Virus genome (UHGV): UHGV-0374175
DNA length: 15,745 nucleotides
Direction: 5' to 3' (one strand)
DNA from: a virus
Positions 1-7,937 of this stretch are shown here, piece by piece (within the stretch, counting starts at the first letter, position 1; the number at the start of each line of letters is the position of its first letter). Both the position numbers and the translations under genes were made by a program. The notes under the pieces were generated by a model, which saw nothing but the letters and a program-made list of their open reading frames with translations, was not told where the DNA came from and did not search any database.

Positions 1-100
1 CGATCTTGCAAGTATGGGACAACTTGTGAAATTACCGACAAGAAGGGAAAGGGCCTTCCCGAGAGTGGTAAAGGAGAGGCCCTGGAAATACCCCACAGCC

Positions 101-136
101 CCGAAAAAGAGCCAGTCAGTTGCTTAACTGACTGGC
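101..136 (-). terminator. Putative rho-independent terminator on the minus strand
   Basis: Perfect 11-bp inverted repeat GCCAGTCAGTT (111-121) / AACTGACTGGC (126-136) with a 4-nt loop. On the minus-strand transcript the hairpin is followed by UCUUUUUCGG, the complement of the A-run at 104-108. Confidence 0.5.
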
Positions 137-318
137 ATTACTCCAGTGGAGAGCATTTTTACTGTATACATAACCAGTGTCAATGTATGAAATCCTACGA
201 CCATACATCTCACTGAAGCCATAATGAAGTTGGCTATTCTTTTTGCTATGTGAGCATGTAACTTTTGCGGTTAACCTGCGGCTCATTTTTATTTTAGACG
301 CAGATATAAAAACAAAAG

Positions 319-510
319 TTATCGTGAGTTTTTAGTACAGATTTTTTTGGATTTACTAATAGTTCCATCATTGCAAACGAATTTGCCATCTGAGGTACAG
401 TGAGAAACACCTCCCTTTTTCCCTGAGCAGGGATAATTTCTAGCATAGGTAGTTAGTGGGTTTAATAACAAAGAACATGACAAAACCACAAAAAATACCT
501 TACCAAGCAT
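319..510 (-). CDS. Small cysteine-rich secreted protein (signal-peptide-like N-terminus), hypothetical; likely a prophage moron
   Basis: 63-aa ORF. The N-terminus [23 protein letters not shown] has a hydrophobic core and an A-x-A-like cleavage context. The predicted mature part is about 40 aa with 6 Cys. It sits immediately downstream of the repressor gene on the same strand. Confidence 0.5.
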   Translation of the reverse strand: MLGKVFFVVLSCSLLLNPLTTYARNYPCSGKKGGVSHCTSDGKFVCNDGTISKSKKICTKNSR

Positions 511-525
511 AGTTTCCTCCCGGTA

Positions 526-1182
526 CTATTTAACATACTTGACTGTTAAACTTATAATTTTACCAATTATTTCAATGTCTTCTATCTTGCATTCGAAGGC
601 TCTGTTTCCACCCTCGACGAAGATTCTTCCACCGGGTAAACGAGTAATGTCACGGATCGTTATTTCGCCATCAATACTTATTACCCATTTACCATCACGT
701 ATATCATCAAATTCTTTATCACAAATAAATTCAGAATTGTTATCTGTGATGACAAAAGGTTTTTTAAACGTAGAGGGTAGAAATCCCTTATCAAAAATAT
801 AAAAACCGTCTTTCTGCAATGCTCCATCAGACAATAAATATTTTTCTACTTCTATAGTATTTGTATTTGCTGATGCTTGCTTTGAACCATGCCCTGTTGT
901 TAGCCAATTAAGCGAGGTGCCCGTTTCAAGGGCGCACTGGATTACCCAATCTGCTGGAAAAATATCACGCATATAGCGCGTTGCCATGGTGCTCTTAGAA
1001 ACACCTAAATGATCACAGAGAGCCTGACGAGTACCGAACCCATATGCTTCAACTAAACGTTCTATGGCTTTCTTACCGCCGCTATTGAAATCCACAAGTC
1101 CTCCAAAGAAATCCAAAATTCGTTGACAGATTCCAAAAGCGATCTTAAAGTTGAACCAGAAGTGTTCTTTTGGAGCCTTCAC
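526..1182 (-). CDS. cI: Phage 186-type CI immunity repressor
   Basis: The ORF contains ...LVEAYGFGTRQALCDHLGVSKSTMATRYMRD...CALETGTSLNWLTTGHG, which fits my recollection of the N-terminal HTH region of coliphage 186 CI. It is transcribed divergently from the apl/cII early operon. The true start may be the internal GTG at 1095, which is preceded by GGAGGA and would give about 190 aa; the longest ORF starts at ATG 1182. Confidence 0.75.
   Translation of the reverse strand: MKAPKEHFWFNFKIAFGICQRILDFFGGLVDFNSGGKKAIERLVEAYGFGTRQALCDHLGVSKSTMATRYMRDIFPADWVIQCALETGTSLNWLTTGHGSKQASANTNTIEVEKYLLSDGALQKDGFYIFDKGFLPSTFKKPFVITDNNSEFICDKEFDDIRDGKWVISIDGEITIRDITRLPGGRIFVEGGNRAFECKIEDIEIIGKIISLTVKYVK
1123..1151 (+). 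promoter_or_regulatory. Candidate sigma70 early lytic promoter (pR-like)
   Basis: TTGACA at 1123-1128, a 17-nt spacer, then TAAAGT at 1146-1151, upstream of the apl-like gene. It would lie in the intergenic region only if cI starts at the GTG at 1095. Confidence 0.35.
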
Positions 1183-1240
1183 TACTAATCACGACAAACA
1201 ACGGCTCGCCACAAGCCATATCTAGAAGGAATGTTGCCTT

Positions 1241-1444
1241 ATGACACCTAACATTTCAATTACTCTGAATACACCACATGTCACAATCGAACGTTATAGC
1301 GAACTGACTGGCCTTTCTATTGATACGATTAACGACATGTTGGCTGATGGCCGACTACCTCGTCATCGTCTTCGTAAAGACAAAAAACGTGAAAAGGTAA
1401 TGATTAACCTGGCTGCTCTGACTGTTGATGCTTTGTCTGCTTAA
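1241..1444 (+). CDS. apl: Apl/Cox-like small DNA-binding regulator (excisionase / Cro-like)
   Basis: 67-aa basic protein (…[16 protein letters not shown]…). It is the first gene of the rightward operon opposite cI and directly upstream of a CII-like gene, which is the 186 arrangement. ATG is preceded by AAGGA. Confidence 0.65.
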   Translation: MTPNISITLNTPHVTIERYSELTGLSIDTINDMLADGRLPRHRLRKDKKREKVMINLAALTVDALSA

Positions 1445-1508
1445 TAGACGTCTATTTTCGCAATAAGACGCTGAGTTCGATTTTGCGATAAGTTCGGAGT
1501 TGAAAACC

Positions 1509-2018
1509 ATGTTTGATTACCAAGTTTCCAAACATCCACATTTTGATGAAGCCTGTCGTGCATTCGCACTGCGCCACAATCTGGTGCAACTGGCAGAACG
1601 AGCGGGCATGAATGTGCAGATTCTGCGGAACAAGCTGAACCCAGCTCAACCTCATTTATTAACCGCACCAGAAATCTGGCTGCTTACCGATCTGACTGAA
1701 GATTCAACGTTGGTAGATGGTTTTCTGGCACAGATTCATTGTCTGCCATGTGTACCGATTAATGAGGTAGCAAAAGAGAAACTGCCACATTACGTCATGA
1801 GTGCAACCGCAGAGATCGGGCGTGTTGCTGCAGGTGCGGTATCTGGCGATGTAAAAACCAGTGCAGGTCGTCGTGATGCTATCAGCAGCATTAACTCTGT
1901 AACACGACTGATGGCGCTGGCGGCTGTTTCATTGCAGGCCCGTTTACAGGCTAATCCTGCGATGGCGAGTGCAGTTGATACCGTGACTGGCCTCGGTGCT
2001 TCATTCGGTTTGCTGTGA
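1509..2018 (+). CDS. cII: CII-like lysogeny establishment activator (186 CII family)
   Basis: [57 protein letters not shown]... matches my recollection of 186 CII. ATG at 1509 follows GGAG (1496-1499) with a 9-nt spacer; the tracked ORF start at 1500 is a TTG. Confidence 0.8.
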   Translation: MFDYQVSKHPHFDEACRAFALRHNLVQLAERAGMNVQILRNKLNPAQPHLLTAPEIWLLTDLTEDSTLVDGFLAQIHCLPCVPINEVAKEKLPHYVMSATAEIGRVAAGAVSGDVKTSAGRRDAISSINSVTRLMALAAVSLQARLQANPAMASAVDTVTGLGASFGLL

Positions 2019-2025
2019 GGTGCTT

Positions 2026-2322
2026 ATGCTGACGAAAGAACCATCATTTGCATCGCTGCTGGTAAAACAAAGCCCGGCAATGCACTACGGTCACGGCTGG
2101 ATCATGGGTGAGGATGGTAAACGCTGGCATCCGTGCCGTTCACAAGATGAATTGCTGTCTGAATTGACCACGGGGAAACGGAGAAAGTCAAAATGTATGC
2201 AGCGGAAAGTGAAGTGGTTTATCAGTTTCGTTACAGAGGGGAGAGTTATTCAGTACCTGAAGATGATTTGCTCTGTTGTTATCCGTCGTTGTCGGGCGAT
2301 GGCAGTTACTTTTTCACGCTAA
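2026..2322 (+). CDS. Hypothetical early protein (position of 186 fil/dhr-region genes); 3' end uncertain
   Basis: ATG at 2026 is preceded by GAGG. The first ~60 aa look protein-like, but the 3' portion overlaps the better-looking ORF at 2193-2417 in another frame. Confidence 0.35.
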   Translation: MLTKEPSFASLLVKQSPAMHYGHGWIMGEDGKRWHPCRSQDELLSELTTGKRRKSKCMQRKVKWFISFVTEGRVIQYLKMICSVVIRRCRAMAVTFSR

Positions 2323-2417
2323 AGGATGGGACGTTTTTACGGGGAGAGCAGGTTAAAGAGACGATACGAAAAAATGTATCTCCTCTTGAACGTTACCGTA
2401 AGAACAAAGAACGATAG
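2193..2417 (+). CDS. Hypothetical small early protein
   Basis: 74-aa ORF. ATG is preceded by GGAG with a 9-nt spacer. Composition is protein-like (MYAAESEVVYQFRYRGESYSVPEDDLL...). Confidence 0.5.
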   Translation: MYAAESEVVYQFRYRGESYSVPEDDLLCCYPSLSGDGSYFFTLKDGTFLRGEQVKETIRKNVSPLERYRKNKER

Positions 2418-2439
2418 TTGCGTTTTGGGGATATGAATT

Positions 2440-2781
2440 ATGGCAATTAATGGCGCTGCGGCGACTGTTCCATTAAGCCCCGGTGAACGCCTGAATGGAC
2501 TTAATCACATTGCGGAGTTAAGGGCGAAAGTTTTTGGCCTGAATATTGAGTCAGAGCTTGAGCGGTTTATTAAAGATATGCGTGATCCACGGGATATCAA
2601 TAGCGAACAAAATAAACGGGCACTGGCTGCCATATTCTTTATGGCAAAAATTCCAGCTGAATGTCATAGCATCAGCATTAATGACCTGACCACTGACGAA
2701 AAGCGGGAGTTGATTAAAGCAATGAATCATTTTCGTGCAGTGGTGAGCTTATTTCCCAGACGGCTAACCATGCCGAATTAA
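2440..2781 (+). CDS. Hypothetical phage early protein
   Basis: 113-aa ORF with an upstream GGGGA. It sits in the early operon between cII and the replication gene. Confidence 0.6.
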   Translation: MAINGAAATVPLSPGERLNGLNHIAELRAKVFGLNIESELERFIKDMRDPRDINSEQNKRALAAIFFMAKIPAECHSISINDLTTDEKRELIKAMNHFRAVVSLFPRRLTMPN

Positions 2782-2848
2782 CCAGCTAATGAAATTAATG
2801 GCGTAAACCCGCCGGGCATCCCTTTATCTAAATTCAGGAGAATTGATT

Positions 2849-3082
2849 ATGCGTAATATTGAAACCCTCACGACTAAAACCGGACCGGATGACGCAGGGC
2901 TTAATATTTTACTGACAGAGGCTCGTCTGGAAGAACGCCGGGCAAGGGCTGAAGCAATGGCTGCCCGCCTTGATAGTCTTGCGTGTCATATCACATCCCG
3001 CCAGCTAAACCACGTCGAAGCGGCAGAACTGCTGCGTGTGACCGCTGAAGCAATCCAGAACGAAGCGCAGGAGATCCACTAA
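2849..3082 (+). CDS. Hypothetical phage early protein
   Basis: ATG at 2849 is preceded by AGGAG (2836-2840) with an 8-nt spacer; the tracked start at 2843 is a TTG. Its stop overlaps the next start, suggesting translational coupling. Confidence 0.6.
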   Translation: MRNIETLTTKTGPDDAGLNILLTEARLEERRARAEAMAARLDSLACHITSRQLNHVEAAELLRVTAEAIQNEAQEIH

Positions 3083-3309
3083 TGGCTGATGCAATGGATC
3101 TCGTACAGCAGCGCGTTGAAGAAGAACGCCAGCGCCATATCCGTGCTGCCCGTGCCAAAACACCGGGCGTGTCTCGCGTGCTTTGCATTGAATGTGAAGC
3201 GCCAATTCCGCCAGCACGCCGCCGCGCCATTCCAGGAGTGCAGCTTTGCATTACCTGTCAGGAAATCGCAGAGCTGAAAGGCAAACATTACGACGGAGGT
3301 GCTGTATGA
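3082..3309 (+). CDS. TraR/DksA-family C4 zinc-finger protein (P2 Orf82-like)
   Basis: 75 aa with CIECEAPIP...CITC, a 4-Cys zinc-finger signature. GGAG lies 8 nt upstream of the ATG. This is the conserved position upstream of the P2-family replication gene. Confidence 0.8.
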   Translation: MADAMDLVQQRVEEERQRHIRAARAKTPGVSRVLCIECEAPIPPARRRAIPGVQLCITCQEIAELKGKHYDGGAV

Positions 3310-3608
3310 CAGGGGCTGTGCGTATCCATCAATTAAAAATTGCACCTAAGTATTTCAACGCTGTGGTTGCAGGTCAAAAGACGGCTGAACTTCGTAAAGA
3401 CGATCGTGGCTATAAAGTTGGTGATGTTCTTTCTCTTTGCGAATGGAAGCATGGCGTATTTACGGGTAGGGAATGGGCCGCGGTTATCTCTCATGTGCTT
3501 CCGGTTAATGACGTCATGGCAGTTTCAGAACAATGGGTGATGCTATCAATTCGCTCATTAACCCCATTAGAAGCTTTAGGATATGTTATTGCAGGAGGTG
3601 CTGTATGA
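3306..3608 (+). CDS. ASCH/PUA-like small protein (DUF3850-like), hypothetical
   Basis: ATG at 3306 overlaps the upstream stop (ATGA) and is preceded by GGAGG. The 100-aa product [33 protein letters not shown]... resembles ASCH-domain proteins often found next to phage methyltransferases. The tracked ORF start at 3246 is probably too far upstream. Confidence 0.6.
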   Translation: MTGAVRIHQLKIAPKYFNAVVAGQKTAELRKDDRGYKVGDVLSLCEWKHGVFTGREWAAVISHVLPVNDVMAVSEQWVMLSIRSLTPLEALGYVIAGGAV

Positions 3609-4462
3609 GCACCATCCTGAAATGGGCGGGTAATAAAACCACCATTATGTCCGAACTGAAAAAATACCTTCCTGCTGGCACGCGACTGGTTGAACCTTTC
3701 GCGGGTTCTTGTGCTGTGATGATGGAGACGGATTACCCCAGCTATCTGGTTGCGGATATTAATCCTGATTTAATCAACCTCTATAAAAAGGTTGCTGCTG
3801 ATTGTGAGGCGTTTATATCTCGTGCCAGAGCTTTATTTGAGGAAGCAAACAGAGAGGTGGCTTATTACAACATAAGGCAGGAGTTTAATTACTCCACTGA
3901 AATTACTGATTTCATGAAAGCGGTATATTTTCTGTATCTCAATCGTCATGGTTACCGTGGGCTATGTCGCTATAACAAGAGCGGGTATTTCAACATTCCC
4001 TACGGTAATTATAAAAATCCGTATTTCCCTGAAAAAGAAATTCGCGCATTTGCAGAGAAAGCCCAGCGGGCAACGTTTATCTGCGCCAGCTTTGATGAAA
4101 CGCTGGCGATGTTGAAGGCGGGGGATGTGGTGTATTGCGATCCGCCTTATGACGGTACGTTTTCCGGCTATCACACTGATGGCTTCACTGAAGATGACCA
4201 GTATCACCTGGCATCCGTTCTTGAACATCGATCATCTGAAGGTCATCCGGTCATTGTTTCTAACAGTGACACATCCCTGATCCGTTCGCTGTATCGCAAT
4301 TTTACTCACCACTACATCAAGGCAAAACGCAGCATCGGCGTGGCAGCTGGTGAGAGTAAATCTGCAACAGAAATCATCGCTGTTTCCGGGCCGCGCTGCT
4401 GGGTAGGATTTGATCCTTCGCGTGGCGTGGATTGTTCCGTCGTGTACGGAGTGCGTGCATGA
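3605..4462 (+). CDS. dam: DNA adenine methyltransferase (Dam-like, GATC N6-adenine MTase)
   Basis: LKWAGNK and EPFAGSCAV (AdoMet binding), [16 protein letters not shown], and the catalytic DPPY in [10 protein letters not shown]; strongly collinear with E. coli Dam as I recall it. ATG at 3605 overlaps the upstream stop. Confidence 0.9.
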   Translation: MSTILKWAGNKTTIMSELKKYLPAGTRLVEPFAGSCAVMMETDYPSYLVADINPDLINLYKKVAADCEAFISRARALFEEANREVAYYNIRQEFNYSTEITDFMKAVYFLYLNRHGYRGLCRYNKSGYFNIPYGNYKNPYFPEKEIRAFAEKAQRATFICASFDETLAMLKAGDVVYCDPPYDGTFSGYHTDGFTEDDQYHLASVLEHRSSEGHPVIVSNSDTSLIRSLYRNFTHHYIKAKRSIGVAAGESKSATEIIAVSGPRCWVGFDPSRGVDCSVVYGVRA

Positions 4463-6873
4463 GCCATGCTGATATGAACAACTGCAGCGGCTTTAACGAG
4501 GTCGCCGCAGCATTCTCATGGAACAGCCCGAAAAAGGCCATTAACCCTTATCTGGACCCGGCGGAAGTTGCGCCGGTTTCTGCGCTTTCAAACCTGATCA
4601 CTCTGTACGCTGCCGATAACGAGCAGGAACAACTGCGCCGCGAGGCACTGAGTGATCAGGTCTGGGAGCGTTATTTCTTTAATGAATCCCGTGATCCTGT
4701 CCAACGCGAAATGGAGCAGGATAAGCTAATTAGCCGGGCAAAGCTGGCGCATGAGCAGCAGCGTTTTAATCCAGACATGGCCATTCTGGCGGACGTCAAC
4801 GCCCAGCCTTCCCATATCAGCAAGCCGCTGATGCAACGTATTAAATACTTCAGCAGCCTGGGCAGGCCAAAGGCTTATTCCCGCTATTTGCGTGAGACGA
4901 TTAAGCCATGCTTGGAACGACTGGAGCATGTACGCGACAGTCAGCTATCCACTTCTTTTCGCTTTATGGCAAGCCATGAAGGGCTGGACGGCCTGCTGAT
5001 CCTGCCTGAAATGAGTCAGGATCAGGTGAAACGCCTGTCCACCTTGGTAGCTGCGCATATGAGCATGTGCCTTGATACAGCTTGTGGCGATTTGTATGCC
5101 ACCGATGATGTTACGCCAGAAGAAATCCGCAAGACATGGGAAAAGGTGGCAGCGGAAACCCTGCGTCTGGATGTTATCCCGCCTGCGTTTGAGCAACTCT
5201 GTCGGAAAAGAAACCGCCGTAAACCCGTGCCTTATGAACTCATTCCGGGTTCGCTGGCGCGTATGTTATGCGCCGACTGGTGGTATCGGAAATTATGGAA
5301 GATGCGTTGCGAATGGCGGGAAGAGCAGTTGCGTGCTGTTTGCCTGGTCAGCAAAAAAGCATCTCCCTATGTCAGCTATGAAGCTGTGATGCATAAACGT
5401 GAGCAGCGCCGTAAGTCGCTGGAGTTTTTCCGTTCTCATGAACTGGTGAACGAAGACGGCGACACGCTGGATATGGAAGACGTGGTAAACGCCAGCAGCA
5501 GCAACCCTGCGCATCGCCGCAATGAGATGATGGCCTGTGTTAAAGGTCTGGAGCTTATCGCGGAAATGCGTGGTGACTGCGCCGTTTTCTACACCATCAC
5601 CTGTCCGTCACGTTTCCATTCCACGCTAAATAACGGCAGGCCCAACCCGACCTGGACAAATGCGACGGTAAGACAAAGCAGTGATTATCTGGTCGGTATG
5701 TTTGCTGCATTTCGTAAGGCGATGCACAAAGCCGGATTACGCTGGTATGGCGTGCGGGTGGCTGAGCCGCATCATGACGGTACAGTTCACTGGCACCTGT
5801 TGTGTTTTATGCGCAAAAAAGATCGCCGCGCCATTACTGCTTTGTTGCGTAAGTTTGCCATTCGTGAAGACCGCGAGGAGCTGGGTAATAACACGGAACC
5901 ACGCTTTAAGTCTGAGCTGATAAACCCGCGCAAAGGTACGCCAACAAGCTACATCGCGAAATACATCAGTAAGAACATTGACGGGCGTGGTCTGGCTGGC
6001 GAGATCAGCAAGGAAACGGGTAAATCCCTGCGTGATAACGCCGAATACGTTAATGCCTGGGCGTCTCTGCATCGTGTTCAGCAATTCCGCTTCTTTGGCA
6101 TTCCGGGGCGTCAGGCTTACCGTGAACTGCGATTGCTGGCTGGTCAGGCGGCAAGGCAACAGGGTGACAAAAAAGCAGGTGCGCCGGTACTGGATAACCC
6201 GCGTCTTGATGCCATTCTGGCTGCTGCGGATGCTGGTTGTTTTGCCACCTACATCATGAAGCAGGGTGGCGTACTGGTTCCCCGTAAATATCACCTCATC
6301 AGAACCGCTTATGAAATCAACGAAGAGCCGACCGCCTATGGCGATCACGGCATTCGTATTTATGGCATCTGGTCACCCATTGCAGAGGGCAAGATCTGCA
6401 CTCATGCAGTGAAGTGGAAAATGGTTCGTAAAGCCGTTGACGTTCAGGAGGCGGCAGCCGACCAGGGCGCTTGCGCCCCTTGGACTCGTGGCAATAACTG
6501 TCCCCTTGCTGAAAATTTGAACCAACAGGAGAAAGATAAATCAGCTGATGGGGACACCAGAACGGACATTACCCGCATGGATGACAAGGAGTTGCACGAT
6601 TACCTGCACAGTATGAGCAAAAAAGAGCGCCGGGAACTGGCAGCAAGGTTACGCCAGGTGAAGCCGAAAAGGCGTAAAGACTACAAACAGCGAATTACAG
6701 ATCATCAGCATCAGCAGCTCGTCTATGAACTGAAGTCCAGAGGATTTGATGGCAGCGAGAAAGAGGTCGATTTACTCCTTCGCGGTGGCAGTCTTCCGTC
6801 AGGAGCAGGCCTGCGTATCTTCTATCGGAACCAGCGTTTGCAGGAAGATGATAAGTGGCGGAACCTGTATTAA
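4459..6873 (+). CDS. A: Replication initiation endonuclease (P2 gpA / 186 A family, rolling-circle initiator)
   Basis: 804-aa ORF. ATG at 4459 overlaps the Dam stop (ATGA) and follows GGAG. It contains [11 protein letters not shown] (HUH-type metal-binding motif) and YIAKYISKN (catalytic tyrosine region), typical of the P2 A family. Position after the TraR-like ORF matches P2/186. Confidence 0.9.
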   Translation: MSHADMNNCSGFNEVAAAFSWNSPKKAINPYLDPAEVAPVSALSNLITLYAADNEQEQLRREALSDQVWERYFFNESRDPVQREMEQDKLISRAKLAHEQQRFNPDMAILADVNAQPSHISKPLMQRIKYFSSLGRPKAYSRYLRETIKPCLERLEHVRDSQLSTSFRFMASHEGLDGLLILPEMSQDQVKRLSTLVAAHMSMCLDTACGDLYATDDVTPEEIRKTWEKVAAETLRLDVIPPAFEQLCRKRNRRKPVPYELIPGSLARMLCADWWYRKLWKMRCEWREEQLRAVCLVSKKASPYVSYEAVMHKREQRRKSLEFFRSHELVNEDGDTLDMEDVVNASSSNPAHRRNEMMACVKGLELIAEMRGDCAVFYTITCPSRFHSTLNNGRPNPTWTNATVRQSSDYLVGMFAAFRKAMHKAGLRWYGVRVAEPHHDGTVHWHLLCFMRKKDRRAITALLRKFAIREDREELGNNTEPRFKSELINPRKGTPTSYIAKYISKNIDGRGLAGEISKETGKSLRDNAEYVNAWASLHRVQQFRFFGIPGRQAYRELRLLAGQAARQQGDKKAGAPVLDNPRLDAILAAADAGCFATYIMKQGGVLVPRKYHLIRTAYEINEEPTAYGDHGIRIYGIWSPIAEGKICTHAVKWKMVRKAVDVQEAAADQGACAPWTRGNNCPLAENLNQQEKDKSADGDTRTDITRMDDKELHDYLHSMSKKERRELAARLRQVKPKRRKDYKQRITDHQHQQLVYELKSRGFDGSEKEVDLLLRGGSLPSGAGLRIFYRNQRLQEDDKWRNLY

Positions 6874-6942
6874 TTACGCGAGTTAACAATTCGTGCTCTT
6901 AATAATACCAGGCATATCAGGCTGATGAACGTAAAAAAACGT

Positions 6943-7000
6943 TTTACATCAGTAAGATTATTATATACTGTAAATATAAACATTGGTTATATATACAGTA
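6943..7000 (+). promoter_or_regulatory. Candidate SOS-regulated promoter (p95-like) with LexA-box-like operator(s)
   Basis: TTTACA at 6943-6948 and a -10-like TATACT at 6964-6969. Overlapping this is tACTGTaaatataaACATtg (CTGT-N8-ACAT, 16 of 20 matches to the LexA consensus TACTGTATATATATACAGTA). A second, weaker half-site ends in ACAG at 6995-6998. All lie directly upstream of the tum-like/DinI-like pair. Confidence 0.4.
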
Positions 7001-7025
7001 TTACTTTGGTGTCATAGGAGGAAAG

Positions 7026-7214
7026 ATGCAGGACTATTTTTTGGAGTCTTTGAAGCTCCAGCGCATTGATTTTTTTCTTAAGCTTGTAGCGGCTAGTGAG
7101 TGTAGTGATGAAGAGAAGGGGCTGGCTTTGCAGTGGGTTTCTGAATTGACTGATGAACTCATGGCAAAAATCAGAACCCACGAATACAACCGCTCAATGG
7201 ATGTCGTTAACTGA
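7026..7214 (+). CDS. Hypothetical small protein, possible Tum (antirepressor) N-terminal-like module
   Basis: 62-aa ORF with a strong GGAGG RBS, located between the replication gene and a DinI-like ORF downstream of a LexA-box-like site. This is the position of tum in 186. Confidence 0.5.
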   Translation: MQDYFLESLKLQRIDFFLKLVAASECSDEEKGLALQWVSELTDELMAKIRTHEYNRSMDVVN

Positions 7215-7225
7215 GGGAGTAATTT

Positions 7226-7459
7226 ATGCGCATTGAAATAATGATCGATAAAGAGCAGAAGATTAGCCAGTCTACCCTGGAGGCCCTTGAATCCGAACTT
7301 TACCGCAATCTGCGCCCCCTGTATCCCAAAACGGTAATTCGTATCCGTAAAGGTAGCTCTAACGGTGTGGAACTGACTGGACTGCAACTGGACGAAGAAA
7401 GGAAGCAAGTGATGAAAATTATGCAGAAGGTGTGGGAAGACGACAGCTGGCTGCATTAA
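7226..7459 (+). CDS. DinI-family protein (Tum C-terminal-like / SOS-regulated)
   Basis: MRIEIMIDKEQKISQSTLEALESELYRNLRPLYP...KQVMKIMQKVWEDDSW is collinear with E. coli DinI as I recall it (MRIEVTIAK...ELSRR...ILQETWESADDW). GGGAG RBS. Confidence 0.8.
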   Translation: MRIEIMIDKEQKISQSTLEALESELYRNLRPLYPKTVIRIRKGSSNGVELTGLQLDEERKQVMKIMQKVWEDDSWLH

Positions 7460-7603
7460 GAAACGTTGCTGGCGTCTGAACTTGTTTCTGGCGTCAGCAA
7501 GGTTGAACAACGAGCCCTTGTGAGGCGTTAGCTCTGTAGTGCATGTCTATGCCGCATGAGATCGCATGATCGTTTGAGGATCGTTTTTGCTAAGGCCCGC
7601 CAG

Positions 7604-7628
7604 AACTGGCGGGCTTTTGCGTAGATCA
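7604..7628 (+). terminator. Rho-independent terminator
   Basis: GGCCCGCCAG (7604-7613), 2-nt loop, CTGGCGGGC (7616-7624), followed by TTTT (7625-7628). Confidence 0.7.
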
Positions 7629-7663
7629 TGCAGGTGCATGAAAACCACTACATAAAGCGGGCA

Positions 7664-7682
7664 GGCGTGGCGGGGATACGAG
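7664..7682. other. cos-like motif (possible cohesive-end site of the P2/186 family)
   Basis: GGCGTGGCGGGGA at 7664-7676 matches the first 13 nt of the P2/186 19-nt cohesive end as I recall it (GGCGAGGCGGGGAAAGCAC in P2); the remaining 6 nt diverge. It lies between the replication-side genes and the portal side, where the cos of a P2-family prophage should be. Confidence 0.3.
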
Positions 7683-7690
7683 CGCGCGCC

Positions 7691-7719
7691 TTGCCTTATA
7701 TCTATTTGTTCATTAAAAT
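7691..7719 (+). promoter_or_regulatory. Candidate sigma70 promoter for the retron ncRNA/operon
   Basis: TTGCCT at 7691-7696, 17-nt spacer, TAAAAT at 7714-7719, at the left edge of the AT-rich island and upstream of the palindrome and RT gene. Confidence 0.4.
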
Positions 7720-7725
7720 CATTAT

Positions 7726-7925
7726 GCTCTTTAGTGTAGGAACATTGGTTCCAGCCGGGTGATTAGCCAGGCTTAAATTTATTGTCCGGTTTAGGGTTGC
7801 GAAAGACACAGATTTCTCCTTCGCATCCCTGCCCGGGGCAGATATGCGAAGGAGAAATCTGTGTCTTTCGCTGTCTTTAGTGAAGAGTCAAAGCGCTATG
7901 TAAAGTTGCATAGCGCTTTGGTTTT
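7726..7925 (+). ncRNA. Putative retron msr-msd non-coding RNA (boundaries approximate)
   Basis: Non-coding stretch immediately upstream of a retron-type RT. It contains a 28-bp perfect inverted repeat (the likely msd template stem) and a second 12-bp stem-loop before the RT start. I could not identify a convincing a1/a2 inverted-repeat pair or the branching G by eye, so the ends are not defined. Confidence 0.45.
7799..7871. repeat. 28-bp perfect inverted repeat with 17-nt spacer (probable msd stem-loop)
   Basis: GCGAAAGACACAGATTTCTCCTTCGCAT (7799-7826) is the exact reverse complement of ATGCGAAGGAGAAATCTGTGTCTTTCGC (7844-7871). The spacer itself contains the palindrome CTGCCC-G-GGGCAG. Confidence 0.9.
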
Positions 7926-7937
7926 AAGAGGGGTTAT

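Noticed and set aside
1-213. Open reading frame running in from the left window edge on the plus strand (Cys/His-rich, stop near 211-213)
   Set aside because: There is no start within the window, it was translated by hand only, and the minus-strand terminator hairpin lies inside it. It cannot be separated from a chance open frame without upstream sequence.
539-802. 87-aa plus-strand ORF
   Set aside because: Lies entirely within, and antisense to, the cI repressor gene. Its product is proline- and serine-rich low-complexity sequence.
1441-1668. Two minus-strand ORFs (75 and 67 aa)
   Set aside because: Antisense to the apl to cII junction and the cII 5' region. No RBS support.
2991-3345. Three overlapping minus-strand ORFs (86, 70 and 88 aa)
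   Set aside because: All are antisense to the coupled plus-strand TraR-like and neighbouring genes. They are Arg/Cys-rich mirror frames typical of noise.
5737-6348. 203-aa minus-strand ORF inside the replication gene A
   Set aside because: Antisense to a well-supported 804-aa gene with clear catalytic motifs. No RBS, and the composition is that of a mirror frame.
7728-7884. 9-bp direct repeat TCTTTAGTG on both sides of the palindrome (7728-7736 and 7876-7884)
   Set aside because: Too short to separate from chance in AT-rich sequence. It could be a target-site-like duplication, but nothing else supports that.
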